Of a stretch of 61,469 nt of DNA, positions 17,723-26,352 are shown piece by piece; the stretch's first letter is position 1; each line of letters starts with the position of its first letter. The position numbers and the translations under genes are program-made. Below the pieces are notes generated by a model, which saw only the letters and a list, made by a program, of their open reading frames with translations, had not been told where the DNA came from and made no database searches. The stretch is from an uncultured Candidatus Saccharibacteria bacterium (GTDB lineage Bacteria > Patescibacteriota > Doudnabacteria > UBA920), in contig CAZDEP010000008.1 in assembly GCA_964504715.1 (NCBI GenBank), positions 1 to 61,469 on the forward strand, written 5' to 3'.

Positions 17723-19600
17723 CTATACAACGGCTGCTGGCTCGAGCCCGGGGCTGAATTCCGGCATTTTTTTCTTTTCGGCCGGAATAATTTCCTTAAC
17801 CATTTCCGCAAACTCTTCCTGCTCTATGGTTTCCTGGCTAATAAGTTTTTTTGCAATGTTGTCCAAATATTCCCGATATCGGTTTAAAGTGTCCGTTGCC
17901 CTTTTAAGCCCCTCGGCCATAATGCGGCTGACTTCACTGTCAATCTGGCGGGCGACTTCTTCGCTGTAATTTTTGGATTCATGGATTTCGCGGCCCAAAA
18001 ATATCATATCCTGATGTTCGCCCAAGGCCACGGGCCCCAGCGCCTCGCTCATGCCGTAAGACATTACCAAGCGCCTGGCCATATTGGTGGCAACTTTCAG
18101 GTCATTGGAAGCGCCCGTAGTCAGTTCATTGAAAACCAACTTTTCTGCGGCAAACCCGCCCAAAAGTGCGGCTATCTCGTCCAGAAAACCCGATTTGGTA
18201 TGCAGATGCTTGTCTTCCACAGGCAGTTTCATAGTATAGCCCGCCGCCCGGCCCCGGGAGATTATTGAAACCTTGTGCACGGGATCCGAGAAAGGCAGTG
18301 CGGAACCAACCAAAGCGTGTCCGCCCTCGTGGTAAGCGGTGATTTGCTTTTCCTTGGACGAAAGCACGTGGCTTTTCCTCTCCGGCCCCAGCATGACTTT
18401 TTCCACGGCTTCCTTCAAATCCATTTGGCTGATTTCTTTTTTATCCCTGCGCGCCGCCAGAATTGCAGCTTCGTTTAAAATATTCGCCAAGTCCGCTCCG
18501 CTAAAGCCCGGCGTGCGTTCAGCAATGATTTTCAAATTTGTGTCTTTGGCCAAAGGCTTGTTTTTTGCGTGGATGTTCAAAATTTCTTGGCGGTCCCTTA
18601 TGTCAGGCAAATCCAAAATTACCTGCCGGTCAAAACGCCCCGGCCTTAAAAGCGCGGGATCCAAGACATCCGGCCGGTTTGTGGCCGCCATAACAATTAC
18701 GTTGGTATCGGTTTCAAAACCGTCCATTTCCACCAGGATTTGGTTTAAAGTCTGCTCCCTTTCGTCGTGTCCGCCGCCTAAGCCCGCTCCGCGCTGCCTG
18801 CCCACCGCATCTATTTCGTCCACAAATACAATGCACGGCGCATTCTTTTTGGCTTTTTTAAACAAGTCGCGCACCCTCGAAGCGCCTACGCCCACAAACA
18901 TTTCCACGAATTCGCTCCCGCTAATGTGGAAAAAAGGCACGTTGGCTTCGCCTGCCACCGCGCGGGCCAAAAGGGTTTTGCCCACGCCCGGGCTGCCCAA
19001 AAGCAGTACGCCTTTCGGGATTTTCGCGCCAAGCTGCAAAAACTTTTGCGGATAGCGCAAAAAGTCCACCACTTCTTTCAATTCTTCCTTGGCTTCCTTT
19101 GCGCCGGCCACATCTGCAAACTTAACTTTATTTTTCCGCTCGTCCGACAGCCTGACCGAAGACTGGCCGAAACTCAATGCGCGGTTGTTGGCCCCCTGCA
19201 CGTTGCGCATTAGGAAATATATGAACAATGAAATTAAAACAAAGGGGATTAAAAACGGCAAAATATTGCCCAAAAGCACGGTCATTGCGCTTTGGGTTTT
19301 ATAGCCAATTTTAAGGTTCTTTAATTTTTCCGCATCCACGCCGGTATTTTTGAAAAAATCAGTCACTTCCGTGTTCCTACCCAAGTGCGCCAGCAGCTTG
19401 GTGTCGGAATCTTTTACCGCGGCAGTCAAAGAGTCGTCCTGCACCACCACTTCTTCCACCTTGCCTTGGTTAATCAGCTGGCTGATTTCCGAAAGCTGAA
19501 CTTCCTGGGTCTTAACGCTCTTGTTGAACAAGCCGAAAATAAAAGAAATAATTAAAAACCCGGCCAGAATGTATATAATGTTGCGAATAATTTTACCCAT
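17723..19600 (-). CDS. ftsH: ATP-dependent zinc metalloprotease FtsH
   Basis: N-terminal TM helices, AAA Walker [19 protein letters not shown], and zinc site HEGGHAL. Confidence 0.95.
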   Translation of the reverse strand: MGKIIRNIIYILAGFLIISFIFGLFNKSVKTQEVQLSEISQLINQGKVEEVVVQDDSLTAAVKDSDTKLLAHLGRNTEVTDFFKNTGVDAEKLKNLKIGYKTQSAMTVLLGNILPFLIPFVLISLFIYFLMRNVQGANNRALSFGQSSVRLSDERKNKVKFADVAGAKEAKEELKEVVDFLRYPQKFLQLGAKIPKGVLLLGSPGVGKTLLARAVAGEANVPFFHISGSEFVEMFVGVGASRVRDLFKKAKKNAPCIVFVDEIDAVGRQRGAGLGGGHDEREQTLNQILVEMDGFETDTNVIVMAATNRPDVLDPALLRPGRFDRQVILDLPDIRDRQEILNIHAKNKPLAKDTNLKIIAERTPGFSGADLANILNEAAILAARRDKKEISQMDLKEAVEKVMLGPERKSHVLSSKEKQITAYHEGGHALVGSALPFSDPVHKVSIISRGRAAGYTMKLPVEDKHLHTKSGFLDEIAALLGGFAAEKLVFNELTTGASNDLKVATNMARRLVMSYGMSEALGPVALGEHQDMIFLGREIHESKNYSEEVARQIDSEVSRIMAEGLKRATDTLNRYREYLDNIAKKLISQETIEQEEFAEMVKEIIPAEKKKMPEFSPGLEPAAVV

Positions 19601-19654
19601 AAAAATATATATTTATATTAGTATAATAATTTTTTAGGACTTTACGCATTTGCT

Positions 19655-19755
19655 GTCATCCCGACGGACCGAGTGCGGCCGAGGGAGTGGAGGGATCCCT
19701 TAAATTTTGATATTTAAGCGATTCCCTGCCTGTCCGGCAGGCGGCAGGGAATGAC
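19655..19755. repeat. MITE-like element, intergenic copy (GTCATCCCGAC ... CAGGGAATGAC)
   Basis: It shares the blocks GTCATCCCGAC, GGAGGGATCCCTTAAAT and CCTGCC..CCGGCAGGC with the in-frame copy in rnhB (45175-45318). Confidence 0.7.
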
Positions 19756-19880
19756 ATAAAATGATGGTCTGCGTAAGCTCTGATTTTAATAATCTATTTT
19801 CCAATAAGTCCTGTAATTATACAAATGCCGCAAGGATAGGGCAAGCCTAAAACTTTTAATTGCTTAAACAAAATGAAAAT

Positions 19881-19966
19881 TGGTGCCGGGAGAGGGAGTC
19901 GAACCCTCATGAGATTGCTCTCGCTAGCTCCTAAAGCTAGTGCGTCTGCCATTTCGCCACCCCGGC
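19881..19966 (-). tRNA. tRNA-Leu (anticodon TAG), type II with long variable arm
   Basis: Hand fold: GCCGGGG/TCCCGGC acceptor, anticodon loop TTTAGGA, variable arm, T-loop TTCGACT, encoded CCA. Confidence 0.9.
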
Positions 19967-20116
19967 TTATAAAAAGTGTACCTATGGGTTTAATCGCCCG
20001 GTTGATAAACTTAGGTGTTAACGATAAGCCAACTTGCCCACCGAAGCTTTATGCGAAGGCGGGTTCCGCCACCCGAGCGTAGACAAGCCCAAATATATTA
20101 CCATTTCTGTTAGGAC

Positions 20117-20145
20117 TTGACAAGCCTTCATTTTTCTGATATAAT
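20117..20145 (+). promoter_or_regulatory. consensus sigma70-type promoter
   Basis: TTGACA (20117-20122), a 17-nt spacer, then TATAAT (20140-20145). Both hexamers are perfect. Confidence 0.65.
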
Positions 20146-20484
20146 ATACGGTCAAATTTATATAGCCCTTAAAGGGCCCCAAATTTCCTAGGAAATTTGG
20201 GAAAGGGACACCAAGACGAAAGCCGAAATTTACGAATTTTATTCGCAAATAAAGGCTAAAATCTTGGATGGCCCGTCCTCGTGGTGGGGAAAACCCAGTG
20301 AAGATTTACCTTTATTTATGCGCTTTTTTGAAGCCATAAACATAGGCGAATACCCACCACACTTCACTGGGTTTTTCTTATCAGGAGAAATCTTGGTAAG
20401 GCTCTGGCAAGGTTAGACCTACCAGAGAAATTCGCTCTTTAACAACTTAAAAAAATAAAGAGCAGAAAGAAAGGAGGTGGCCTT

Positions 20485-21141
20485 ATGGCCCATCCTCCAA
20501 ACCCGCCCGGCGGCGTTGCCCCTGCAAGGGCAACCACCGGGCAACAGGGCGGGGGCACCCCCGCCGCCCAAACCACCCCTTCCGGGCCGACCCGGAAGGT
20601 GAAGGTGTTCGTTTCGGCCCCGACGTTCGACACGTCGGGAACCATTCAGGAAAACGTCTTTGACGTCTCAGTCATAACGACGGATCAAGACGGCAATGGC
20701 GTTTCGGAAGACGCCCGAGTTACGGTGGCCAACCACCATTTCGGAACTCGGGGCGTTCGCACAACTAACGGACGGTTTTCGGAAGAAGTCCGGGTTCGAT
20801 CCGGACAAACGGGCGTTGTCTATCAGGCCGTTTTGAACAACGGTCAAACAGACGAAAAGCCCCTCCCCGCTCCCGCAGCTCCCGCCACACCTCACCACCA
20901 AACTCGGGGCGAAAAAGCCTTGGCGATTTTTTACGCCTATGGCTTAAAAATCGCTTCCGTGTTAGCCGGCCTGATCGCGCTGCTCTTTTTTAAAGCCGCG
21001 ATTTTTGGGCCTTACGGGCTTGATATGGGCGAGAACGAAAGAAGTTATCTCGTCCTCGGCGGAGTTTTTTTGGCTGTCGCCATTGCTTTCGCTTCGAAGG
21101 CATTTGGCGGCGGACACACCCCATCCGGAGGAGGACATTAA
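20485..21141 (+). CDS. hypothetical GC-rich protein: P/G-rich N-terminus, Ig-like beta domain, C-terminal two-TM hairpin
   Basis: Strong RBS AAGGAGGTG 6 nt before the ATG. TM helices IASVLAGLIALLFFKAAIF and LVLGGVFLAVAIAFA are separated by the loop GPYGLDMGENERS. Confidence 0.7.
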   Translation: MAHPPNPPGGVAPARATTGQQGGGTPAAQTTPSGPTRKVKVFVSAPTFDTSGTIQENVFDVSVITTDQDGNGVSEDARVTVANHHFGTRGVRTTNGRFSEEVRVRSGQTGVVYQAVLNNGQTDEKPLPAPAAPATPHHQTRGEKALAIFYAYGLKIASVLAGLIALLFFKAAIFGPYGLDMGENERSYLVLGGVFLAVAIAFASKAFGGGHTPSGGGH

Positions 21142-21143
21142 CA

Positions 21144-21914
21144 ATGACCTTCCTTAAATGGTCCGCTGGACTCTCAGCGGGCCTCGTCATCATCGTTGCA
21201 GCCTTGAGCCTGAGCTCTTTGCTCGTCACCGACCGTTCCCTTTCTCAACACTGGAACGCGCCGCGCCTAACCATCCCCGAGGCCCAGCGAGAGCTGACTG
21301 CCAAGGCGGAAGACAAAATCGCCCGTGAAATCGGGAGAATTAAAAGTTTCCGCAGCTACGGAAACTCACCCGACGCTGTCGTTGCTGATGCCAAAAATCG
21401 CGCACGGCAACTTTCCGGCGCGGAAGATGGCCTAAGCCGGCTTCCGGGGCACGTGTCTCACGACACTCCCGGCACCACCGCTCCCACCTCGGGATATCCC
21501 ACCACGGACCTTCAGGAATTTGAAGTTTCGCCTGAAGGCGAAAACCGGTGGGTGGTTCAACTCGATGCCCGCCAAGCATGGGCGGGCACGGGAATTAGTC
21601 TAAGCCCTGGCGACACCGTTATCGCCGTGGCAGACGGATTGGTCTGCAGCCCGCCGGACCCGTGTTCGGGCCCGAGCGGGATGTACGGACCCGCCCGGAC
21701 GTCTCGCGTTCGGCCGGAAGAATTTCCGGCGCAGAACGCGCGATTCAAAGCGCTCATCGCCCGCGTGGGCGATGGGCAACCGTTCCAACTCGAGCGCGAG
21801 TTCACCGCCATTGGTGGCGGGGAACTACGCCTCATGTCCAATATCCGCTTGCCATATCTTCACGAGGCAAGCGGCGGGTACAGGATCGCTTTACAAGTGA
21901 TCCGGAAAAAATAG
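21144..21914 (+). CDS. hypothetical GC-rich membrane-anchored protein with PA-IL/LecA-like beta-sandwich domain (tentative)
   Basis: N-terminal signal anchor. The C-terminal pattern GDTVIAVADG...GPSG...FKALIARVGDG...GELRLMSN...SGGYRIAL recalls LecA-type lectins. It starts 2 nt after the upstream stop. Confidence 0.6.
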   Translation: MTFLKWSAGLSAGLVIIVAALSLSSLLVTDRSLSQHWNAPRLTIPEAQRELTAKAEDKIAREIGRIKSFRSYGNSPDAVVADAKNRARQLSGAEDGLSRLPGHVSHDTPGTTAPTSGYPTTDLQEFEVSPEGENRWVVQLDARQAWAGTGISLSPGDTVIAVADGLVCSPPDPCSGPSGMYGPARTSRVRPEEFPAQNARFKALIARVGDGQPFQLEREFTAIGGGELRLMSNIRLPYLHEASGGYRIALQVIRKK

Positions 21915-21992
21915 GAGGGCCCATGCTAACCCTTTGTAGGGGCCCGACGGGGAAGGGACAGGCTTTTTAAGCCTTTCCTTTCCCCTTCAACC

Positions 21993-22026
21993 AAAAACCC
22001 TCCCGATTTTTTCGGGGGGGTTTTTG
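21993..22026. terminator. bidirectional terminator between convergent operons
   Basis: AAACCCTCCCG-ATTTTTT-CGGGGGGGTTT hairpin flanked by A- and T-runs. Confidence 0.6.
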
Positions 22027-22048
22027 GTTGGAAATTTGAAATATAAAA

Positions 22049-22879
22049 TTAAACCTTTGCTTCTTTTTGCACGTAGCCTATGGGATTGTCGCCGCTTAGG
22101 GTGTTGGTAATTATGGTAATTACAGTTACGGCAAACACCACGGCAATTATGCCAATTACGGCATTGACTATGGTTTTCCTGCCCTGTTCGGCCGCTTCCT
22201 CGTTGCCAGCGGAGGTCATATATTGGTAACCGCCAATAATCAAATACACAGTGGCAACTATGCCCGCAAAAGTAAACAGCCACTTTAAGACAATAGTAAC
22301 CAGTTCAAACACGGAAGATGCGCCAACTATACCGGTGCTGGTCTTGGGCACCGGCACGCACACGCCGTTTATATAGCAAAAATTCGGCGCCGGGCACTGG
22401 TCATCGCTCTTTTGGCAGCCGGCCGCTGCGCCTCCTGTCGAAGTATTTCCTTCGGATCTACCGGAGGGTATTCCTGTATTACCACCGCCACTCTGGGAAG
22501 CTTTACAAACGGGATCATTGGGATTAGTCGAACAACATTCTTGTCCAATAAATCCATAATCCGCACATCCGCCTGAAGAATTTTCAATGCAAGTATATGT
22601 TTTACGACTGCAAAATAAACTCTTATTGGCGTCACAAAGATCTTGAGAAGTACTGCAGCTTTGTCCCTTTTGTAATGAACCTGCAACGCCGGAATCGATA
22701 ACACACTGACCTGAACCAGAATCGCAAACTAAACTTCTACTTCCATCGCAGAATTTCGTAACATCATCGCAAGGCTCTCCTACATTTAAGCCAGTCTGTG
22801 CAAAAGCCAATTGCGGGGCAAGCACTATTATTGTAATCGCGGTTGCGAAATATATTTTATATTTTGGTTTTATTGACAT
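22049..22879 (-). CDS. secreted cysteine-rich protein with C-terminal two-TM GGYQYMTSAGNEE module (T4SS-pilin/VirB2-like, putative)
   Basis: Signal peptide ...APQLAFAQ, 16 Cys in repeated C..C..SLxC..C modules, and the C-terminus IIGGYQYMTSAGNEEAAEQGRKTIVNAVIGIIAVV. Confidence 0.75.
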   Translation of the reverse strand: MSIKPKYKIYFATAITIIVLAPQLAFAQTGLNVGEPCDDVTKFCDGSRSLVCDSGSGQCVIDSGVAGSLQKGQSCSTSQDLCDANKSLFCSRKTYTCIENSSGGCADYGFIGQECCSTNPNDPVCKASQSGGGNTGIPSGRSEGNTSTGGAAAGCQKSDDQCPAPNFCYINGVCVPVPKTSTGIVGASSVFELVTIVLKWLFTFAGIVATVYLIIGGYQYMTSAGNEEAAEQGRKTIVNAVIGIIAVVFAVTVITIITNTLSGDNPIGYVQKEAKV

Positions 22880-22887
22880 ATGCTTTA

Positions 22888-23286
22888 CTAGCCGAATATC
22901 CCGCCCGTACCGGCAATGGTATTAATTACCACGTTTATAATCACGTATGACAAAATAATTACCACCACGCCGATTATGGCGTTGACCAAAGTTTTCTTGC
23001 CGCCTTCGGCCTGCTCTTCGTTGCCGCCTGCGGTTATGTACTGGTAACCGCCGTAAATTACGAACACCACGGCCAGGGCACCGGCAACCAGCAAAAGCAG
23101 CCTAATTACGTTGGCGATAAGCCCGTTGGAACCGGTTAAAGTTTGAGAACCCGCCACACCGGTAAAAGGGAACAGGGCGCGTATGCCTAAAAGCCCCTGC
23201 TGAACCTGCTGCTGCGCCAAGGCAACGGCCGGCAACAGAGAGGCTATGCTTAAACTAATAATTTGGATTAGTTTTTTGTGTCTCAT
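22888..23286 (-). CDS. minimal paralog: signal peptide plus two-TM GGYQYITAGGNEE module
   Basis: IYGGYQYITAGGNEEQAEGGKKTLVNAIIGVVVIILSYVIINVV. It ends 8 nt from the start of the downstream gene. Confidence 0.75.
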   Translation of the reverse strand: MRHKKLIQIISLSIASLLPAVALAQQQVQQGLLGIRALFPFTGVAGSQTLTGSNGLIANVIRLLLLVAGALAVVFVIYGGYQYITAGGNEEQAEGGKKTLVNAIIGVVVIILSYVIINVVINTIAGTGGIFG

Positions 23287-23376
23287 AAAATGTTTTTAAA
23301 ATTGAATCCGGGCAGACAATGGCAAAAGTTATCTAACCGGATCCGGCCCGCATAAAAAATAATGCGGGCCTAAAAA

Positions 23377-23796
23377 TTACGGACCGGTGTTTCCACCGCC
23401 GCCTACGTTGGTAACCAAATTGGCAACCACGTTGACTATTACGTAAGACAACACGATTATAACTATACCAATAAGCGCGTTAACGGCAGTACCTTTGCCT
23501 TTTTCAGCCGCTTCTTCGTTGCCGGCCGAGGTAATGTACTGGAAACCGCCCAAAATAAGGAACAATACGGCAACACCGAAGGCAATGCCGAGCAGCCAGT
23601 TAATAACAGTCCGAATAAGGCCGTTAATACTGGTGCCCGCGTTACAGTTAAGTCCGGTGGAAGGGTCGCATTGGAGGCCCCTGTTCAGCTGGCCGTGGGC
23701 CACCAAAAGAGGAGCGAACAACAAAAGGCTCACTAAAATAATTTGCGCCACTTGCAGCCAGTCGATTTTTCTTAGTATTTGTTTCACTCTTGTCAC
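23377..23796 (-). CDS. paralog: signal peptide, short Cys pair, two-TM GGFQYITSAGNEE module
   Basis: ILGGFQYITSAGNEEAAEKGKGTAVNALIGIVIIVLSYVIVNVV. The ORF-track start is GTG. Confidence 0.7.
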   Translation of the reverse strand: MTRVKQILRKIDWLQVAQIILVSLLLFAPLLVAHGQLNRGLQCDPSTGLNCNAGTSINGLIRTVINWLLGIAFGVAVLFLILGGFQYITSAGNEEAAEKGKGTAVNALIGIVIIVLSYVIVNVVANLVTNVGGGGNTGP

Positions 23797-23976
23797 CCCC
23801 TCTCCAGACCTCTTTCCCTGTTCTCCCTTCCTTCCCCTCCCTCCGAATGGGAGGGAATCTTTTTTGATTCCCCTCCCTATAAGGGGAGGGGTAAGGGGAG
23901 GGTTAAAAAGGGAACGAGGAATGAGGGAATTACTTTTAGAATTATACTATACTTTTTCAGTTTTTCAAAACTTGAA

Positions 23977-24507
23977 TCAGCGAGTGCCGTCGGCTGGAGG
24001 CGTAACCGGCTGCTGGCCACCTTGGGCCGGAGCTTGGGGCGAACCGGTATTGCCGCTCTGCTGGGTCGCGGGCGCGGAATTGTTCGTCTTGGATCCGCCC
24101 GTCCCTAAGGTACCCACGATTATTCTAACTATGGTCGCTGCTAATATTATTATAACCAATCCAATTACCGAAGTAGTCAAAGTTTTCCTGCCTGCTTCGG
24201 ACTGTTCTTCGTTGCCGCCGGAAGTTACATACCTGAATCCGCCTATCATAATAAATATAACTGCCACGCTGCCGGCAAACAGAAAAAACAGGTCTATTAC
24301 TTTTGTAACCAAAGTCCTGGCGTCACAAATTACCGGCAAGCCTTCTATGGCATTGGAGGATGAACCGTTATTGTATTGAATAGTAAACCACTTTAAAAAT
24401 TTCTCGCAGTTGCTATTTACGCCGGATGTTTGTGCCGCGGCAACAAACGGTAAAAACAGGCTCAATGCCAAGGCGAGCGAAATAAAAAGTTTTTTAAGTT
24501 TTTGCAT
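23977..24507 (-). CDS. paralog: signal peptide, small ectodomain, two-TM GGFRYVTSGGNEE module, Q/P-rich tail
   Basis: MIGGFRYVTSGGNEEQSEAGRKTLTTSVIGLVIIILAATIV, followed by the tail ...ATQQSGNTGSPQAPAQGGQQPVTPP. Confidence 0.75.
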   Translation of the reverse strand: MQKLKKLFISLALALSLFLPFVAAAQTSGVNSNCEKFLKWFTIQYNNGSSSNAIEGLPVICDARTLVTKVIDLFFLFAGSVAVIFIMIGGFRYVTSGGNEEQSEAGRKTLTTSVIGLVIIILAATIVRIIVGTLGTGGSKTNNSAPATQQSGNTGSPQAPAQGGQQPVTPPADGTR

Positions 24508-24568
24508 TGGGAGTATTTATTAAACTTAATGTCTCTTCATAATTCAAGGGAAAGACAGAGCTTTTAAG

Positions 24569-25795
24569 CTACTGATTTGTCTCTTGGTTCTTTACAACCG
24601 GCGTCTGGGAGTCGGGAAAATCCGGCACGGTAACGCCGAGCAGGCTTTGAACTATGGCTATTATGCTAAAAGATAGCATGGCCACTACAACTCCCAAAAC
24701 CGCCCAGGTAATGGTCTTTTTGGCCGCCAAATAAGCCTCTTCGTTGCCCTGGGATAAAACCATTCTAAACCCGCCGATAATTATAAACACCACAGCCCAC
24801 AGGGCAACTATGGCCAAAAACCCTTTGGCAATGGTAAGGATAGTGCCGGTTAAGGATTCGGTAGGAAGGGGGTTGTATAAAGTTTCGTTTAAAGTCGGAT
24901 CGGCCTCACCACCAGGCTGGTCGCCGGGGTTTTGTGTCTGTGGCAGATCGCCGGGATTGGTCGTCTTTGCGGGCGTGCCAGGGGTAGCATCTCCCAATCC
25001 TTTTACCAAAAAATTTGTCGTAACAGAACCAAGCCTTAACGTAGTTCCCGCTTTCCATGCTTCAACCCTGATTTCATTGGAGCCATTTTTATAATTATTT
25101 TGAGTGGTTACATTAATAGCAGGAGAGCGAAAAGTGTTTTTAAACTCACCAATCCCCATAGTTTTGTTATAAATAGATTTATTATTTACCCAAATCTCCA
25201 CAAATACATTTTCGGCCGACTGCAAGGGCGCATCCCCAAAAATCTTAAACACAATAGGGTCATTTGCGGAATATTCGCCTTTTTGGGGCTCCAAAACCAC
25301 TGTCATCGAATTTCCGGTTGCTGAGGTACTGGAGACACTGACTGTGAATGAATTGCTTCTGCCCGTGTTACCGTCGCCTAAAAACTGTGCAAAAGCGGTA
25401 AATTCAATTGCATTTTGGTTGGATAGATTATTTTTTATGGAGCTAAAAGAATTTTGCAAATTCAAACCGTAACTACCTGAAAATTTTCCATCAATAATAT
25501 TTAAGGTTGCTCTCCCTATGGTTAAAAAAGTTCCATTTTTATTTTTATACTGAAAGTCAATACTTGCGCTCCTGGCGCAAGTATTGGCGTCCCCCATAGC
25601 TGTTCCCGATACATACAATGTCACCTGGTCATTGGATGACACAGACCTTTTGTCAGCGGTCAAATCAATTGTATAACTGCATGCGGCGTAGGCGACTTTC
25701 GGTAAAGACAAAAACGCCAAATTGGCGAAAATTGCCACGCTTGCGATTGCCCATGCAAAAATTTTTTTCATATGAAATTTCCCATTCACTTTCAT
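24569..25795 (-). CDS. paralog: signal peptide, two beta-rich (Ig-like) repeats, Pro-rich linker, two-TM GGFRMVLSQGNEE module
   Basis: IIGGFRMVLSQGNEEAYLAAKKTITWAVLGVVVAMLSF. Its ATG overlaps the stop of the upstream gene (TAATG). Confidence 0.75.
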   Translation of the reverse strand: MKVNGKFHMKKIFAWAIASVAIFANLAFLSLPKVAYAACSYTIDLTADKRSVSSNDQVTLYVSGTAMGDANTCARSASIDFQYKNKNGTFLTIGRATLNIIDGKFSGSYGLNLQNSFSSIKNNLSNQNAIEFTAFAQFLGDGNTGRSNSFTVSVSSTSATGNSMTVVLEPQKGEYSANDPIVFKIFGDAPLQSAENVFVEIWVNNKSIYNKTMGIGEFKNTFRSPAINVTTQNNYKNGSNEIRVEAWKAGTTLRLGSVTTNFLVKGLGDATPGTPAKTTNPGDLPQTQNPGDQPGGEADPTLNETLYNPLPTESLTGTILTIAKGFLAIVALWAVVFIIIGGFRMVLSQGNEEAYLAAKKTITWAVLGVVVAMLSFSIIAIVQSLLGVTVPDFPDSQTPVVKNQETNQ

Positions 25796-26232
25796 TATTT
25801 ATTGCATTTTGCGTGCTCGGTGGGATTGTCGTGCACAATTAAATAATTTAACGGATCTTTTAAGTTCAGCCTGCATTCTTTTTTCTCCGCGCCCAGTAAA
25901 ATATAATTTACTGCCGTGTTGATTAAAATAAAGGCCATCATGGTAAAAACGAATCCCACTACAGCCTGGGTCAAGGTATTTTTATGTTTAGTTATAGATT
26001 CCTCGTTACCCATAGTTACCACCATCCAAAAACCGGCGCCGATAATTTGATAAACCGCGTAAATTCCGGCCAAACCAATAAGCGTATTGGTAACCCGTAT
26101 GGATAAAACAAATACATCTTTAACAGTGCAGGGGGATTCCCCCGGGCCGCCGCATGGCACCAACCCCCGCGCGCTGGCAAAAAGAGGGGTTATAAGTAAA
26201 ACTAGGCTAAAAATTAGGATTTTTGATTTCAT
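25795..26232 (-). CDS. divergent paralog: signal peptide, CGGPGESPC, two-TM ..VVTMGNEES.. module, Cys-containing tail
   Basis: IIGAGFWMVVTMGNEESITKHKNTLTQAVVGFVFTMMAFIL. Confidence 0.65.
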   Translation of the reverse strand: MKSKILIFSLVLLITPLFASARGLVPCGGPGESPCTVKDVFVLSIRVTNTLIGLAGIYAVYQIIGAGFWMVVTMGNEESITKHKNTLTQAVVGFVFTMMAFILINTAVNYILLGAEKKECRLNLKDPLNYLIVHDNPTEHAKCNK

Positions 26233-26315
26233 TTAGGCTTATTTTTTTCATTATAACACCTTTTTTAAATTATCCTAATTACTTTACTGCTCTGACATGG
26301 TAATCCGTTTATCGT

Positions 26316-26327
26316 CAGCGCCGCGCG
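26316..26327. repeat. left arm of GC-rich inverted repeat bracketing the four-helix-bundle gene
   Basis: CAGCGCCGCGCG is the exact reverse complement of 26820-26831. Confidence 0.8.
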
Positions 26328-26352
26328 CCTGCCTGACGGTAGGCAGGTATTG

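Noticed and set aside
18339-19055. 238-aa plus-strand ORF, and similar long ORFs at 41615-42334, 7939-8454, 23495-24379 and 5693-6013
   Set aside because: All lie antisense to, or out of frame within, strongly supported genes (ftsH, pyrD, rny, the pilin-like genes, ymdB). They have low-complexity, S/F/L-rich translations with no recognisable motifs.
20018-20248. 76-aa minus-strand ORF between tRNA-Leu and the GC-rich operon
   Set aside because: It runs across the consensus promoter and leader hairpins. It has no RBS and no recognisable features.
20439-21970. Numerous 60-100-aa ORFs on both strands inside the GC-rich insert
   Set aside because: High GC suppresses stop codons in all frames. 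These ORFs are R/P/G-rich and nested in the two coupled genes, which have an RBS, TM segments and domain-like patterns.
19881-22026. Classical tRNA-targeted integrative island
   Set aside because: No integrase or excisionase is present. The insert lies on the 5' side of tRNA-Leu, and I found no duplicated tRNA 3' segment flanking it. Horizontal origin rests on composition only.
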